Shown in pieces: positions 47,726-64,000 of a stretch of DNA of 64,000 nucleotides. Within the stretch, counting starts at the first letter, position 1. Every line of letters begins with the position of its first letter. The notes beneath the pieces are model-generated. The model worked only from the letters and a program-made list of their open reading frames with translations, made no database searches and was not told where the DNA came from. Made by a program: the position numbers and the translations under genes. Where the stretch lies: NCBI RefSeq assembly GCF_009914755.1, contig NC_060947.1. One strand, written 5' to 3'. This stretch comes from the human T2T-CHM13v2.0 reference genome, Homo sapiens.

Positions 47726-48460
47726 TGTAATTGCCCGATAATTCTTCCTTTCTGCTGCACAGGGAAAATCAGTTCACTGAGATAGTGGTATTACAGCAAA
47801 AAAAGAGCTTAATTGATATGAGGCCAGCCCTGTGGAAGAACTGGACTTATCACTCAAATCAGTCTCCCCAAAGGTTCGGAGGTTAGGATTTTTCAAGGAT
47901 GGTTTGGTGGGCAGGAGGCTAGGGAATGGATGTTGACGACTGGTTGTGGATGCAATCATAGTGGTGTGAAAAATGGTCCTCATGCTCCCAGTCAGCCTCT
48001 CAGTGGTTGGGGGAGGGGCACAAGACTGAGTAAAGAGTTGAGTGTCCTGGTGGAGTTATCCGGTAATCAGAAACGCAAAAGTCTGAAAATACGTCTCAAA
48101 AGGCCAATCTTAGGTTTGGTAATAGTGATGTTATCTACAGGAGTAATTAGGGAAGTTAAAAATCTTGTGACCTCTGGAACAATGGCCAGTTATTGTATAA
48201 CAATGCCTACATCTTAGCAGAATTCAGGCCCCTTGTATAACCCTAACCTTATGGTCTTTTATTACTTTTATAAAAGTGGTTTAGTTTTGGGAAGAACTAT
48301 TATCATCCTTGCTTTAAGGTTAAACTATAAACTTAATTCCTCCCAAAGTTAGCTTGGCTTACACCCAGGAATCACCAAGGACAGCTGGGATGTTGGAAGC
48401 AAAATGGAGTCAACTAGGTCAAATTCCTCTTCCTGTCATAATTTTGAAAAGGCAGTTTCA
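47726..48460 (-). mobile_element. Solo LTR8-family LTR
   Basis: TGTAATTGCCCGAT...TTTTGAAAAGGCAGTTTCA; perfect TSD ATGC (47722-47725 and 48461-48464). Confidence 0.9.
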
Positions 48461-50753
48461 ATGCCTACATTTTCACACAATGAAAGCTCTCAATCTTCTA
48501 TTAAACTCAAAATGCTAGGATTAATGAACACTGCCTATAAAACTCCCATGCCTTAGTGCATTTTTTTCTTACATACATAATGTAAGAAAAATTAAAGTGT
48601 GATCATCCAAATACATTTCAGAACACATTAGCAATACATGTTTATGAATGAAACTCATAAGCTATATAAATCAGTAAGTCATTTTACATTGCTACTATGA
48701 AATTCTGATTTATTTGTTTCATTTTTAGCTATAAAATGTATCAATTTTAATATATCATCCCAATGTTTATGTTAATCTTAACCAACACTTGTATATTAAG
48801 TAACTAATATTTTATTTCAATGAAAGCATCAAAGAATGTAAAAATAACCTGTGGAGGACACATTGAGACCATGTGAACATCCCTTTCCTTATCAAACTTT
48901 CATCCAGTGGCAATCATTATTTTCTGATGTTGCAACATGCAAGAATATCTCAGTCTCTTGTGAGGGCATCATGATTCATTTTACTAATATATTATTAGAC
49001 TATTAAAAGATGTGTTACGTGTAATGAATCAAATCTGACTCAAGTTTCTGGATAATGATGTAACTCTTCATTTACTTCTACTTTTATATACTCACGAGGC
49101 TGTTTTGGACTTATCTCTATTTCTTGCTGCGAAAAAAAAACATGCTTCTGAATGCTACAAATTAATTATGGGATATGCCTGAAGCTGCAGTGGCACCCAT
49201 TAGATTTACATTAAGGCAGCAGGCATTAAAAGAATCACTAAATATTAGGTTGAACAGTACAAAATGGTAAACTACAAAAATGGCAGTTTCATTTAAGGCT
49301 GACTGATTCATTTGTGTTCCCGAGTTTAATGCACATATACACAGACACAGATGCACCCCCCACATACACACTCACCACATCCTTCTCTCCAGGCCCAAGC
49401 ATACAATACTATCTCAACTCTGTTTTCTAATTATCTCCACAGCTAGACTGTAGGAAAGAAGTCAGTGTCTTCTATAAAAGGACAAAGCAAACAAAAATAC
49501 CTAAATAAAAAATAAAAAGTAAATCAATCCACAATTTCCAGGTACACAATAAAGTATAATCAATCAAATACAAATGATAGTTTTAAGAACCATAATTTTG
49601 AAATTGAATGATACAATGACCATGTATAACATATTACAGAAAGTGTGTAAGGAACTCTTTTTCATCATCTAACTTATTGGAGAAATAATAACACTCAAAT
49701 CTCAAATCTCTCAGCTGTTAGTGAAGTTAAGAGACTTTTATCCTTGTCTTCCCAAATTATTTTAGGGATGAAATTTTGAAGTTCTATCTTAAATTTCTGT
49801 GATAAATGGCTTTATAATTGGAGTATTTTATTCATTCTCAATGGCTTATGAAATACTATGATGACCTGTCAAAAATACACCATGTACTCTAAGATTGTAG
49901 TGGTATGATATATCTTTCGATCTTAGTGAAAGTTTTGTTCTTATGTGTATTACCAGAAAACGGGTTTTGTGTTCAAAAAGCAGTTCTATTGAAAATCGCT
50001 TTAATTCATAGAAATAGGGACAGAGCAAGAGAAAAGAGCAGGGCTTTATGGTGTGGCTTTTAGGAGCAGGTCTCTCTAGTTTTACTACAGTTGCCTGTCT
50101 AAACTTTTTTCCTCAAGGCTGCTGAACCAAAGATTACATGTTGGCAAAACTAAAAGATACTAGAAAGGGTTAAAGAAAGAGTTCACTGCTTTCAATGTGT
50201 AGGGCCGAATAAAATGAAAAATAGGAGAAGAAAAGAAGTTGAGTCAACCTTTGAAATTGCTATTCATTGTGAAACCAACTACCACCACCATCACCATCCA
50301 AAGCAAGTGCTTATTACTATTATTTTAAAGTGAAGACTAACAATTAGTGAAATGATTTTGAATGACTATACTTGCTTCAGGCAAAGTTACTGCAGAAAAC
50401 AAACTTCCCTCAGCAAGCTTTCTAAAGCAGCTTGTACTACTTACATGTATCCAAATATATCTCAATTTAATGACTGGTAACAACATTATTTGCATGCAAC
50501 TTAACCTACACAAAGAGTTAATTATTATGTTTATTTAAATATTTAATGTTTACTATAGCTAGTTTTTTTTTTTTTAGTTAGCTAAATTTATGGGACAAGT
50601 GAATTTTAATTCTGGTAGTGTAATTAGTATATTTATAACAGTACAGTTTGTCCATAATATTGCAGCATTCAAGAATGTCTCTACCACATTTGAAGACATC
50701 AATAGTTGTTTTGCCAGTTGTGATAGACTTCCAGAGTTTTTATTCATTTATTC

Positions 50754-50987
<234 letters not shown>

Positions 50988-52994
50988 GAGTTTAATGGCT
51001 CACAGAGATTCATACGTTTCTCTATAATAATGTAGCTTTTACTCCTCTGTATTTTACTATCTCCGAGTGAAAAAGAAAAGAAGTAGAGTGTAGTTATTCT
51101 AATGGGCATTGCAATAACACAGACTGCTATCTGTAGCCCTGAAAGACATCGTTATTTATGAACATAAACACTTCTAAACTAAGTGTTAAACTGATTTAGT
51201 GCCCTAATGGTTTTAACTTCATCTGAATGTGCCTGGTCCATGCAAATGTATATCTTCTAATGGTTTCATCACAGCAGAATAAATTCTGAGAATTATTTTT
51301 TATAGCACGAGTCTACAAATATTCACCAAGGTTAGAAATATATGTTCACTTATCAGAAGCTTGAATTTGTGTAAGTTATTTTCACAATAATCATCTCATC
51401 TGTTAGATAATAATCTGATAAAATAAACAAAGGCTGCAATTTCTATAAACATTTGAGAAATCTGAAAATCTCTTTTAGGGCCTACCTTTACTATTTTAAA
51501 ACATTATCTTGGATAAATATCTGTCAATACATATTTTCTTTTCAGGAGAGTGTACTTACAGAAAAATTCTATAATCTTTTGTTAACACAATTTAAAATAC
51601 TGTTTCCAGGAATGAATTATGCCAAAAGTGAAAAATTGCCATTCCCTAAATATACTTAAATTTGGGCAAAATTGCATGTATGTATGTGTACATATGTGTG
51701 CATATACTCTAGATTTATATACTCTTTTGTCCTAATGGATGGATAGAAACACACACAGATACACACACCCGCACACACACACACACAGACACATAGAAAG
51801 AGAAAAAGAGAGAGGTGATTACATAAATATACAAGGGTAGGACATAAATTGTAAGCATTTGTAAAGGTACACAGATTACTTCAAAAGAGTAAACAGTACT
51901 GCATTAGGCCCCAAAGAGAACTTCTATATATGTTAGATTGCTCTGGTAGTGCAATCAGCTTTATAATGACTAATGAAGTTAAGTCAAAAAATTATCTGTA
52001 AACCATAGGAACCATTAACAGTTCTGCTATTTGCATCCTTACATCTTTAATGGTTAATTCCAAAGAATTCTCAGTGGAGGCAATAGTCATTAAATATATT
52101 ATCTGAATCATTATCTGCAACCTGCTGATAACCAAAAGCTAAAAATCCCACAGTGATGACATGAACCCATATAAACACAGCAATCTCATTTTCATTAAGC
52201 CATTCCTTAGAAATGTGTAATGTACTTATTTTAGAAGAGAGCCAAGAACTAGCTAAAACATAAACGAAGTAATTTTTATGGGTTATTTTTATTTTATCTC
52301 TTAAATAATTTCAGCATGTTTTTTAGTGGGCATTTTTTCAAAAAGAAGAAGAGGTAGTTATGCATTGAAGTACCTATAATTAATCTATTTGAATGCAAGG
52401 TTTTTTAAATAAATATATTGTAATACAGACTAAAGTTAGAGCTGACCGTACAAGTTATTAAAGGAGGCTATCAACATTGTGTCATAATGGAATTCTCTTT
52501 GATAGAATCGTTATTAAAAATGTATTTTTCTCAATCATCTGGCCAAATCTCTGAACTCTCACCATGAAATGTTCTTTTTGATTAGAGCAATGACAAAGCA
52601 GAATTTTTTTGTTGACTATAAATCACTAGCTTGGAAGCTAAATACCGATGCCTGAGCCAGGGAAATGTTATCCACTGGGCCACAATAAAATCACCACAGG
52701 AACTTGGGAAGCAACAAGTTGGTCAGGCATCACTTTCCTAGGGAATATGGTTGCAGAAGGTGAGGTCAGCTGCAAACTCCTAGTAATAGAAGAGTGACTT
52801 AGAAGAGAAGACAAAAAGAAAATTAATCAGAAACTGTGTTATACCAAGTACAGCCAAAAACATCTTTAGCTTATTTAATATTTCAAAGTTACATGATCTC
52901 TTTCAAGACATTATCGTGTGTGTAAGGCCAGTGATAGGAAAAGAGACAAACTGTATTGGTATTGCATTGTTCCTTTATAATAAGAGGTCAATAA

Positions 52995-53292
<298 letters not shown>

Positions 53293-53569
53293 AGAGGTCA
53301 ATAAAATTTATCAAAAACATCTCTGCTCAATATTAATAGCAGACATTCAATGGTAGAATTACCAACCAGTTTCCATCATCTGTGAAAATGATTACCGATT
53401 TCTGGCCTGAAGACACCCGAAAAGCAGCAAATATGTAAGAAGCAGTTGAGGCTCTCCATGTCCTTACGCACAGCAGTCAGATAAATAACTTGCCAAAAAC
53501 CTGTTTTTAAACATGATCTTATGGCTATTAGTGCCTTCTTTAATAGTAAATACACTGAATTTTTTAAAC

Positions 53570-53745
53570 ATTTTGTTTTTATCTGACACATTATAATTGT
53601 ATATATGTATGGGGTACAGTGTGATATTTCGATAGATATATACATTGTGCAACGTATCAGGGTAACTAGCATATCCGTCACCTCAAACACTTGTCATTTC
53701 TTTGTGGTGAGAACATTCAAAATCCTCTCCTCTAATTATATTAAA
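53570..53745 (-). mobile_element. L1MA 3' end fragment
   Basis: TATGGGGTACAGTGTGATATTT...TTTGTGGTGAGAACATTCAAAATCCTCTC. Confidence 0.8.
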
Positions 53746-53820
53746 TTAAGTGTTGCTGAGTTTACAGTAACTTTTGGTCATACGTTTTCTCACAACAGAG
53801 AGTAAAATAAAGTACTCTCA

Positions 53821-54136
<316 letters not shown>

Positions 54137-57100
54137 TCATGTAGTTGGTTTAATGAATGGTTTGAGGTTAAAAGTGTCTGCAGAACTTGTAAAACATGAA
54201 ACCGCTGCTCTTCATATTGAATATATAGTCTTAAACAGAGCACACCAGGCTCTCATAAGTTTATACAAACTGGGATGAAAATAAGAATGGAAGAAAGGAA
54301 GGCATCGCTACAAGTATTAAAATAGAATTTGGAACTACCTTTTGAATTTAGTAGCAGAAAAATGAATTCAACTTCCTCCGTTGATGCTTCTTTCCATAGA
54401 ATTTACTTAAGTAAGAAGAGACAGAATGGCCAATCAAAGACTTCATATCCTTCCTAAACCTGTGAAGCCTTTAGGAAAGCAGTTTCTTGGCACGCCAATC
54501 AAAATCTACTAAGTATAATTGTGAAACGCCCTCCTGAGTAAAATATCTTCATTTCTAGATCTTATTTGTAAGTGAACTCTACTGCATAGGTCATATGTTA
54601 CTTATCTATTACAGTAAATATTATTTGAATACTTAATGACAGGTGATCTAAAATGGTATTTAAAACTGGTTTCGTCGAGAGATTAATGCAAGTCAATAAT
54701 AATTTTATTTCAAAAGTAACAAGAAGAATAAGTCCTCTAAGATTATTTGAAATGGCATTCATCTTTAAATAAAATCCAAAGATCAAAATAATGAATTTTA
54801 AATAGTCTGCTAAAATTCTGAAACACTTTTATCAAAGCACTTTTTAAATCTGGTTTCTATTCGGTTGGAATAGTGAAAATGTTCATGCTGTAGGTAAAGG
54901 TTAAAAAATTAAATGCTGAAATTAAATAAAATTAAGGATATTAAAATAAGATCGTTCAGTATATTTAATAAAATAATTAAATAAGGAATGGAAGAAGTAT
55001 AGCTAGTTTTACCTTAGATGGAAATTTATAAACAGAGCAAAATATTTCCATTAGTAGTGCCATATTCTACCTTTATTTTTAACCCGAAGGAAGTCAATGA
55101 ATTATGATTTCTTATAACACATCTAGTAAGCATAAAAAGTAAGGCTGAATTTTTCTTATGTGAAATGCCCCATACTATAGAAAACCATAGTTATAGAGAA
55201 CTAATAACTAAAATATTTAAACCCATGCTATGATTAAGAAGAGATACATTAGACCCTTGGTGTGCTAGTAACATTCTATTTCTTGACCAGAGTTGTGGAT
55301 CCAAGAGCATTTACTTTACATTGGTTTGTTAAAATATTCAAATAAGTTTTATATCATTTTCTTTATTTTGCTTCCAAAAAAACTTTTAAAAGCAATAAAC
55401 TGTAATAACAAAAAAACTGACTTGTAAACCAAAATGCCTTCAAGATCATATTCCTGTGATACTTGAAAATTAAAACTGATATGGCTTCCACTAAATATAA
55501 ATTTAGAAATAATTGAAAATTTCTTTTAATCAAGTAAATGTTTTCTGAAATACTCCTGAGATTTCCCACTGCCTACCTTTTAGCAACCATCATGCTAAAA
55601 TTCAAGATGTCTCCTTGATCATGGGCAGCAGATCTGAGCTAAAAATGGTGTCCACAAGATGAAAACATCCTAAAGAACAGCTGTTCTTAATCAGTGAAGG
55701 GCGCTTTGAGTATCTCAAAAGTTGTTTTTCACTATCCGGTAGGGTCCCTTAGAGGTATATGACTCACTTTACATACTGATTATAAGTATATTTTTAATCC
55801 AAACATCCCAGAAAATCATACAGAGAGTGGATATTAATTTACCTACATTACACTTATTAAGCTGTTGCGAGCATTAGTGCATTCACACTCCAAGTGATTT
55901 GACTCTGGGGGTGATTCATTCTCTGCTAGTGTTCTCAATATGATGCAGGTTTCTACCTCCTTCAAAAAAAGCAGGAAGAAGCACGTGTAAAATACTTTTA
56001 AAATACTAAATTCTGACCTATTATACCCAGGTACAACCTTCACAAATACCTAAGTATATACTGAATACATCTAGGATCAACTTCCATTGATTTCTTGTTT
56101 CTAGTTTAGTTTTATAAAGCTTTTTTTTTAAATAGTAAGATTTCGCTTTACAAAAGTGGCAATTCCTGATCATATTAATGAGACAAGCATAACAAGCTTT
56201 ATTATGCATCAAAAGTGTTTATAATGTTATACAAGGCTAACAAAATGCTTCTGTAGTATAGATAAACACAGTATGATTATAAGTTTTAATATCAGATCTG
56301 CACATTCTAAAATACATTTTCATCAGAAAATGTTCAGCACATTTATGATAAACACCAAGTATTGATTTAGCTTTAAAATTATAATGGGATGGTTAAAACC
56401 TACTAATGAGTAAAGTATAATTTATACTTTGTTTATTCTTTAAACTATGTCTAAACTCACATATCGTTATCTGTGTATACACGGTTCCTTTTTATTGTTA
56501 CCTGCTTCAAAGTAAGAATGTGTAGATGATTCAGTATTTTAAAACCAGCAACTTCCTAAAGTAAACAATAGATGCCTACTTTCTTTTTACAAAAAGGCCA
56601 AAAATTCAGCTAAACCATATCTTACCCTTGATTAGAAAGACTGCTAATTATTATAGGTTTTAAGGGGACAACTTAATCAGGCACTACCTAGTAGTTTGTG
56701 TACCAAGCAATTCATAGAATAGACACTTCAGTGGCAGCTTTTCTGTTAATGACATTGAGGCTTTTGAACACCAACCAATTACAAATGTGCAGGACCACTG
56801 CTCCTGATGTCATAACCATAATAACTATGTTCTTTATACATACAATTATGTTTCTTAGAAAAAAAGAGTGATATTAAAAAAATTAACTTCCAATACCAAT
56901 GAATCCTACAACGTATAAGGAACTACAGATAAATAGTACAGGCTCCTGAAGGACCTCTGCCATGCCAGGGCATAGCCCTTTAGTCACTAGGTCCTGAATG
57001 CATCCAAAATCCAGAAGGAGTGTTTGATGCAGCTCAGGCACTGGATGTGGGCACTGATGACAGTGGCTGCTTATCAACCTGCATAGAAGTACAAAGATTT

Positions 57101-57489
57101 TAATTTATTTTTAGAAGCTTTTTCTAAAACTTTCAAGATTTCATCCACTGGTTAGGACATACCATGGTGTGCCCTCTGATCACTAGCACTGATTTTAGTT
57201 CAAGCTTGTCTACCAGACATTCCTGCATTATTATTACTGTACATTTCTAATTTGCCTATCATTTAGAACATGAGTGGTTTAGCCTCCATTAAAACACCAA
57301 TGTTTTAGTATACATGTAATGAATATTATACCACATAGCATAAAATGACTTGAAAATAATTTTATTCAATTTTCTTAATAAACTGACTATTTAATGGCAA
57401 TAAAATTATGGTTGCTAAAATTGTTTCCCATGTGTTATAGGTTAGCAATACCAAAAACACTACACATGTAAACTAAATTTAATAATTAA

Positions 57490-58470
<981 letters not shown>

Positions 58471-58765
58471 AATATATGTAGAGAGTATCCTGAATGTAGA
58501 GACAGTGTTTGATGTACACCTCTGCCTGCGCACTGAGAATAGCCAGTTGGCCCTGTGCTGCAATAAGCATGTGGCTGAGTTTCTCATGCATGAGATAAGT
58601 TTCTTCCGTGGACTAAACAATTTAGACAACTGATGAAGGAAATGCAGATTCACCATGAAGTCTCACAAAATTAGTTCAAAATAATGCTTTCTGTGATATT
58701 GTTATAAAAATGAATACCAAACAGATTTATGCAATGAAAATCCTCAGCAAGTGGAAGACGCTTTA

Positions 58766-59137
<372 letters not shown>

Positions 59138-59374
59138 TCACTTCATGCTTTTCATCTCAAAAAGGATTTTTCAAGATGCTTGAAATGTTCATGCTTTCAA
59201 AATGAAAATCATTTGTACTTAGTAATGCATTACTATGTGAATGATGATTTACTGGCCCTGGTTAGTAAATCTGAAGGCAATCTTCTGAATTATTTGGCAA
59301 GATTCTACATTGAGGAAGTGGTGTTAGCCATCAACTTTACTATGTGCACAGAAACGTTAAACCTGATAATGTTA

Positions 59375-59692
<318 letters not shown>

Positions 59693-60361
59693 TCATATTT
59701 TCCTGGCTGACCCTTGGTTATGACTGAAGATAAATGATGAACTGTTTGGTCTCCCATGGCCATTAACATACTTAACTACATAACACCTGAGATTCTATAA
59801 GCAATGGAAGATAGCATGGGAAAATACAGCCCAGAATATGACTTTTTTTTTTTCTTGGTGTTGTTGGGGCTCAGAAAACTATGCCCCAAAATGAAGGCTT
59901 CAGAAGCAGCCTCAGAAGAGAAAGTTTTTTTCTGACCTTCTCCTGCTCTACTGTCTTTCACTCCTTTTCTCCACAGAGGCTAGCTGTAGAAATCAGAATT
60001 CCTCTACCCCAAGGTGGATTTTAGCAATCAAAACCCCTTTTCCCTACAACCAGCCATAAAACCTGAAAATATTACTCTAATTTTCCCTCCACCTTTCTTT
60101 GTAAAAACTGGCCATAAATTATCTGACATACATTGACTGTAGGTCGTAAGACCCGCATTCCAGAGAGTGCTCTGCCCCACACCCAGAAGAAAAGAATGCA
60201 TGCTCAGAGAGGAGAATCTAGGCATACAGGCCTTGCTGGGTTTCCTCACTCAGTATTAGATTATGCCCTTTTTGTCCAACCATATTTTTACACAACTGTT
60301 CATACTTTATTGAACCTAAGCATAAAAATAGATATTTTCCCCTCTATCTTTGGTTCTTCAC

Positions 60362-61044
<683 letters not shown>

Positions 61045-62698
61045 TTCACTCTGAAGGCTCCCGGGTATATACGTTAAATATATCTGTATGCCTTTTCTCC
61101 TATTAATCTGTCTTTTTTGAGTTAATTTTTTAGCAAAACTTCAGAAGGTGAAGAGGAGCTTTCCCATTGGCCCAAAGTGTCTGTATGTGTAATTGCTACA
61201 TGGAGGAACAGTTTTATACATAATCATTAATGAAAACTGAAGTAAAGATCATGGACCTAAAAGAACAATTTCAATTCCCTTATCACATCATGGTTGTACC
61301 TGTAGAAGCCAGAGAGACATTATTCACAGACTCATCTTCAGAAGAGAGTGTAATCTAGGGCAAAATGAAATTAAGGATTTCAAAAGCATGCATTTTTTGA
61401 AGATACAAATTGAGAAAATATACAAGAGCTATAATCAACTTGTGTTTTGGATGTTAGCAATTCTTCTAACACACCCCAACTTTGATATGTATGATGTGTA
61501 AAGAAATACTGAAATTCTGCCTTCTTTTTCTTTTACAGTATTTTTCAATTACATTTATCATTCATTGGTTTTACATGCACAATAAAAAAGTGTTTTTTTC
61601 CAATTAAGGCTCTCTAAAGAACATGATGCAGTCCAATAAGTACATTAATCACAAATGAGGATGTGCAGCAGAATTGCAGAATTTAGAGAACAGCTTTTGA
61701 ATTGAAGATTATGTAAGAATAATAAGAACCCTAGCAAGATAAACCAGAACTAAGTAGGAAATGACAAGAATGCACACAGACCTAATAGCCCTTTCCTTGT
61801 CCATCTTGTATCATAGAGAATTCAAACCAAGATAAAGAAATTTTATAAATTAAATGAAGATAAAATATAGATGGATAAATAAATTATAGATGAAATAGTT
61901 GATTCAATGGGTTCAGGGACAGCTTGAGGATACAGCAACATTTTCCTAAGAACATGGAGATTCCACATCTAGACTGAAGAGAATAGAATAGCAGTACCAC
62001 ACTGTGAGGTCATGTACTCATTGAGCTGTGAGAACTCCAGAAGGACCAAATTTTGCTAATGATGGGTATTTTTTAGTACTTTCACATTCAGACAGCTGTA
62101 AATCCCAGGCCAAATGATTCAAAGATGTCTATCAGTAGCAAAAGCTGGCCCTTCAGGAGTTCTCACAGCTCATTGAGTGCATGGCAGAATCCTGTTCCCA
62201 AAAGCAGATTTTTGAAAAGCTTAGTGACAAAGAGGAAGTGATGGAAGTGATTATGCAGGAAACTGACTTTATGAAATGGGAAATCCCCAAGTCTGAGATG
62301 TTTAGGAAAGTGCTGGAAGCTCAACTTGAGGATGTCATTGCTGAGACTTCAAAGGAACATAGACTTGGTGATCACAGACAGAACGTCTCTGAACAAACAG
62401 AATGTTAGCTTCAGGTCTCACAATAAAGCAAGAAAGCCAGTAACCAGGTGCCACTTTAGAATATCGCAAGATATTTCTAAAACAAAATAGTAATTTGAAG
62501 AGGAAGTATTACTTTATAAATAGAAATGTGTCAGACATGAGGCCTCTCGTGTTTTAGAAGCAAAAAAACATGCATAAGAGGAGCTGCATGTTTCAGAATG
62601 CCATTAGCAGCAAGATATATTAATGTTTAAGGAGAAATTATAAAAGTCTAAAGAAGAATGGCATAATGAAACAAAATGTGAGGCAGAAGACATGGTAA

Positions 62699-62700
<2 letters not shown>

Positions 62701-62734
<34 letters not shown>
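62701..62734. repeat. (GT)17 microsatellite within the pseudogene
   Basis: Read directly from the sequence. Confidence 0.95.
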
Positions 62735-62737
<3 letters not shown>

Positions 62738-63315
62738 ATAAGGTATATGAAAAAGCAAGAGCAATAAGATGTGAAGAAAATGAGAAAATAACTGGTGAAA
62801 ATGAAAGATTTGTTCTATTGTGGATAAATTAACAGCTCAAAATAGATAACATGAAAATGAGTTTAAGGATTTTGCAACTAAGAGTAGGCTGCCTGCTGGG
62901 AAGCTTAGACTGCAGAAACTACTCAGGAGGTCAGTGATGAGAAACATTCCCCCGAGATAGTTTCAAGTTCTTAATTCTAAAATGACCGAGCTCATGACTC
63001 CCAGTTCTAGTTTGATATAGACAGTGCTGGGTTCACTCTGGAAAGATCATATTCAGAAGTTAGATATGGCAATAGTGTTAGAATTACAATCTGCTCCTGA
63101 GATAGGCAACTGGGCCTGACAGCAAGGTTCCAAAACCTACCGGGTGAAGAAATGATGACAAAGGATTTATGTGTTGGTATGTGATTGTATATTATTTTTG
63201 AGCTTGCATAAATACAGTGCTTTATATAAACTTACATCCTTGAAGTAGCTACAAGAAATTGTAGATAAAGAATTGTTGATAATGATCTTTCAAATCCATC
63301 ACAGTCATGAAAAAC

Positions 63316-64000
63316 TTTTTTTTATTGTGGTAAAATATATATAACATAAAATTTACCATCTTAACTATTTTAAAGTGCATGATTCTATAGCATTAGGTAT
63401 AGTCACATTGTTGTTTAACCATCACCACCACTCATCTTCAAAATATTTTTATCTTCCCCAGCTAAAACCTTCATACTACTTAAACAATAACTACTCATTG
63501 GCCTCTCCTCTCAAACCTTGGAAACCATCATTCTATTGTTTTATGAATTTGACTACTCTAGGTACCTCCTATAAGTGGAACCATACAATATGTATCTTTT
63601 TGTGACTGCTCATTTCATTTACTATAGTGTCATCAAGATTCATCTGTGTTGTAGCATGTATAAGAATTTTCTTTTTTTTAAGGCTGAATAATATGCTATT
63701 TTATGTATAAACCACATTTTGTATATGTATTCATCTGTTGGTGGACATTTGGTTTGCTTCTACCTTTTGGATATTGTGAATAATGATGTTATCCACATGG
63801 GTATAAAAATATCTGCCCAAGTTTATTCTTTCACCTCTTTTGTACATGTATGTACCCAGAAGTGGAATTGCTATATATACTAATTACGTTTAATTACTTT
63901 GAGGACCCATCATACTGTTTCTTATAGTGGCTATACCATTTTACTATCCTGCAAGCAATACACAGGGTTCCACTTTCTCCACATCCTTACTAACAAGGAT
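63316..64000 (-). mobile_element. L1MB-type 3' end, running off the window
   Basis: TTATTGTGGTAAAATATATATAACATAAAATTTACCATCTTAAC...TTTGACTACTCTAGGTACCTC. Confidence 0.88.

Noticed and set aside
62181-62408. Coiled-coil ORF as an independent small gene
   Set aside because: It is a residual open stretch of the CDC42BPB retrocopy; there is no evidence of promoter or selection.

Overview
AT-rich primate (human-like) genomic DNA, mostly decayed transposable elements, with no intact protein-coding gene. It holds about 20 Alus, 3' fragments of old L1s, a near-full-length HSMAR2 mariner and an unusually dense set of ERV1/MaLR LTRs. These include an 8.4-kb two-LTR MER31-type provirus (6356-14804, minus strand, tRNA-Glu primer site) and the 5' part of a second provirus with a tRNA-Pro primer site. 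The most informative non-repeat feature is an ancient, intronless, heavily decayed CDC42BPB (MRCK-beta) processed pseudogene (~58481-63200, plus strand). It is split by two Alus and a nested LTR>THE1>Alu stack and lacks the C1-domain segment. Other notable observations are an ERV-L-like gag remnant inside the class I provirus, a ~206-bp L1 piece apparently copied from a locus 3.1 kb away into an LTR, an Alu and an L1 inserted at the same homologous site of two nested MER4 LTRs, and an LTR inserted inside an Alu. I found no convincing new functional biological system; the findings are evolutionary and mechanistic. Repeat subfamily names are recalled from consensus sequences, not from a search, and boundaries without a stated target-site duplication (TSD) are approximate.
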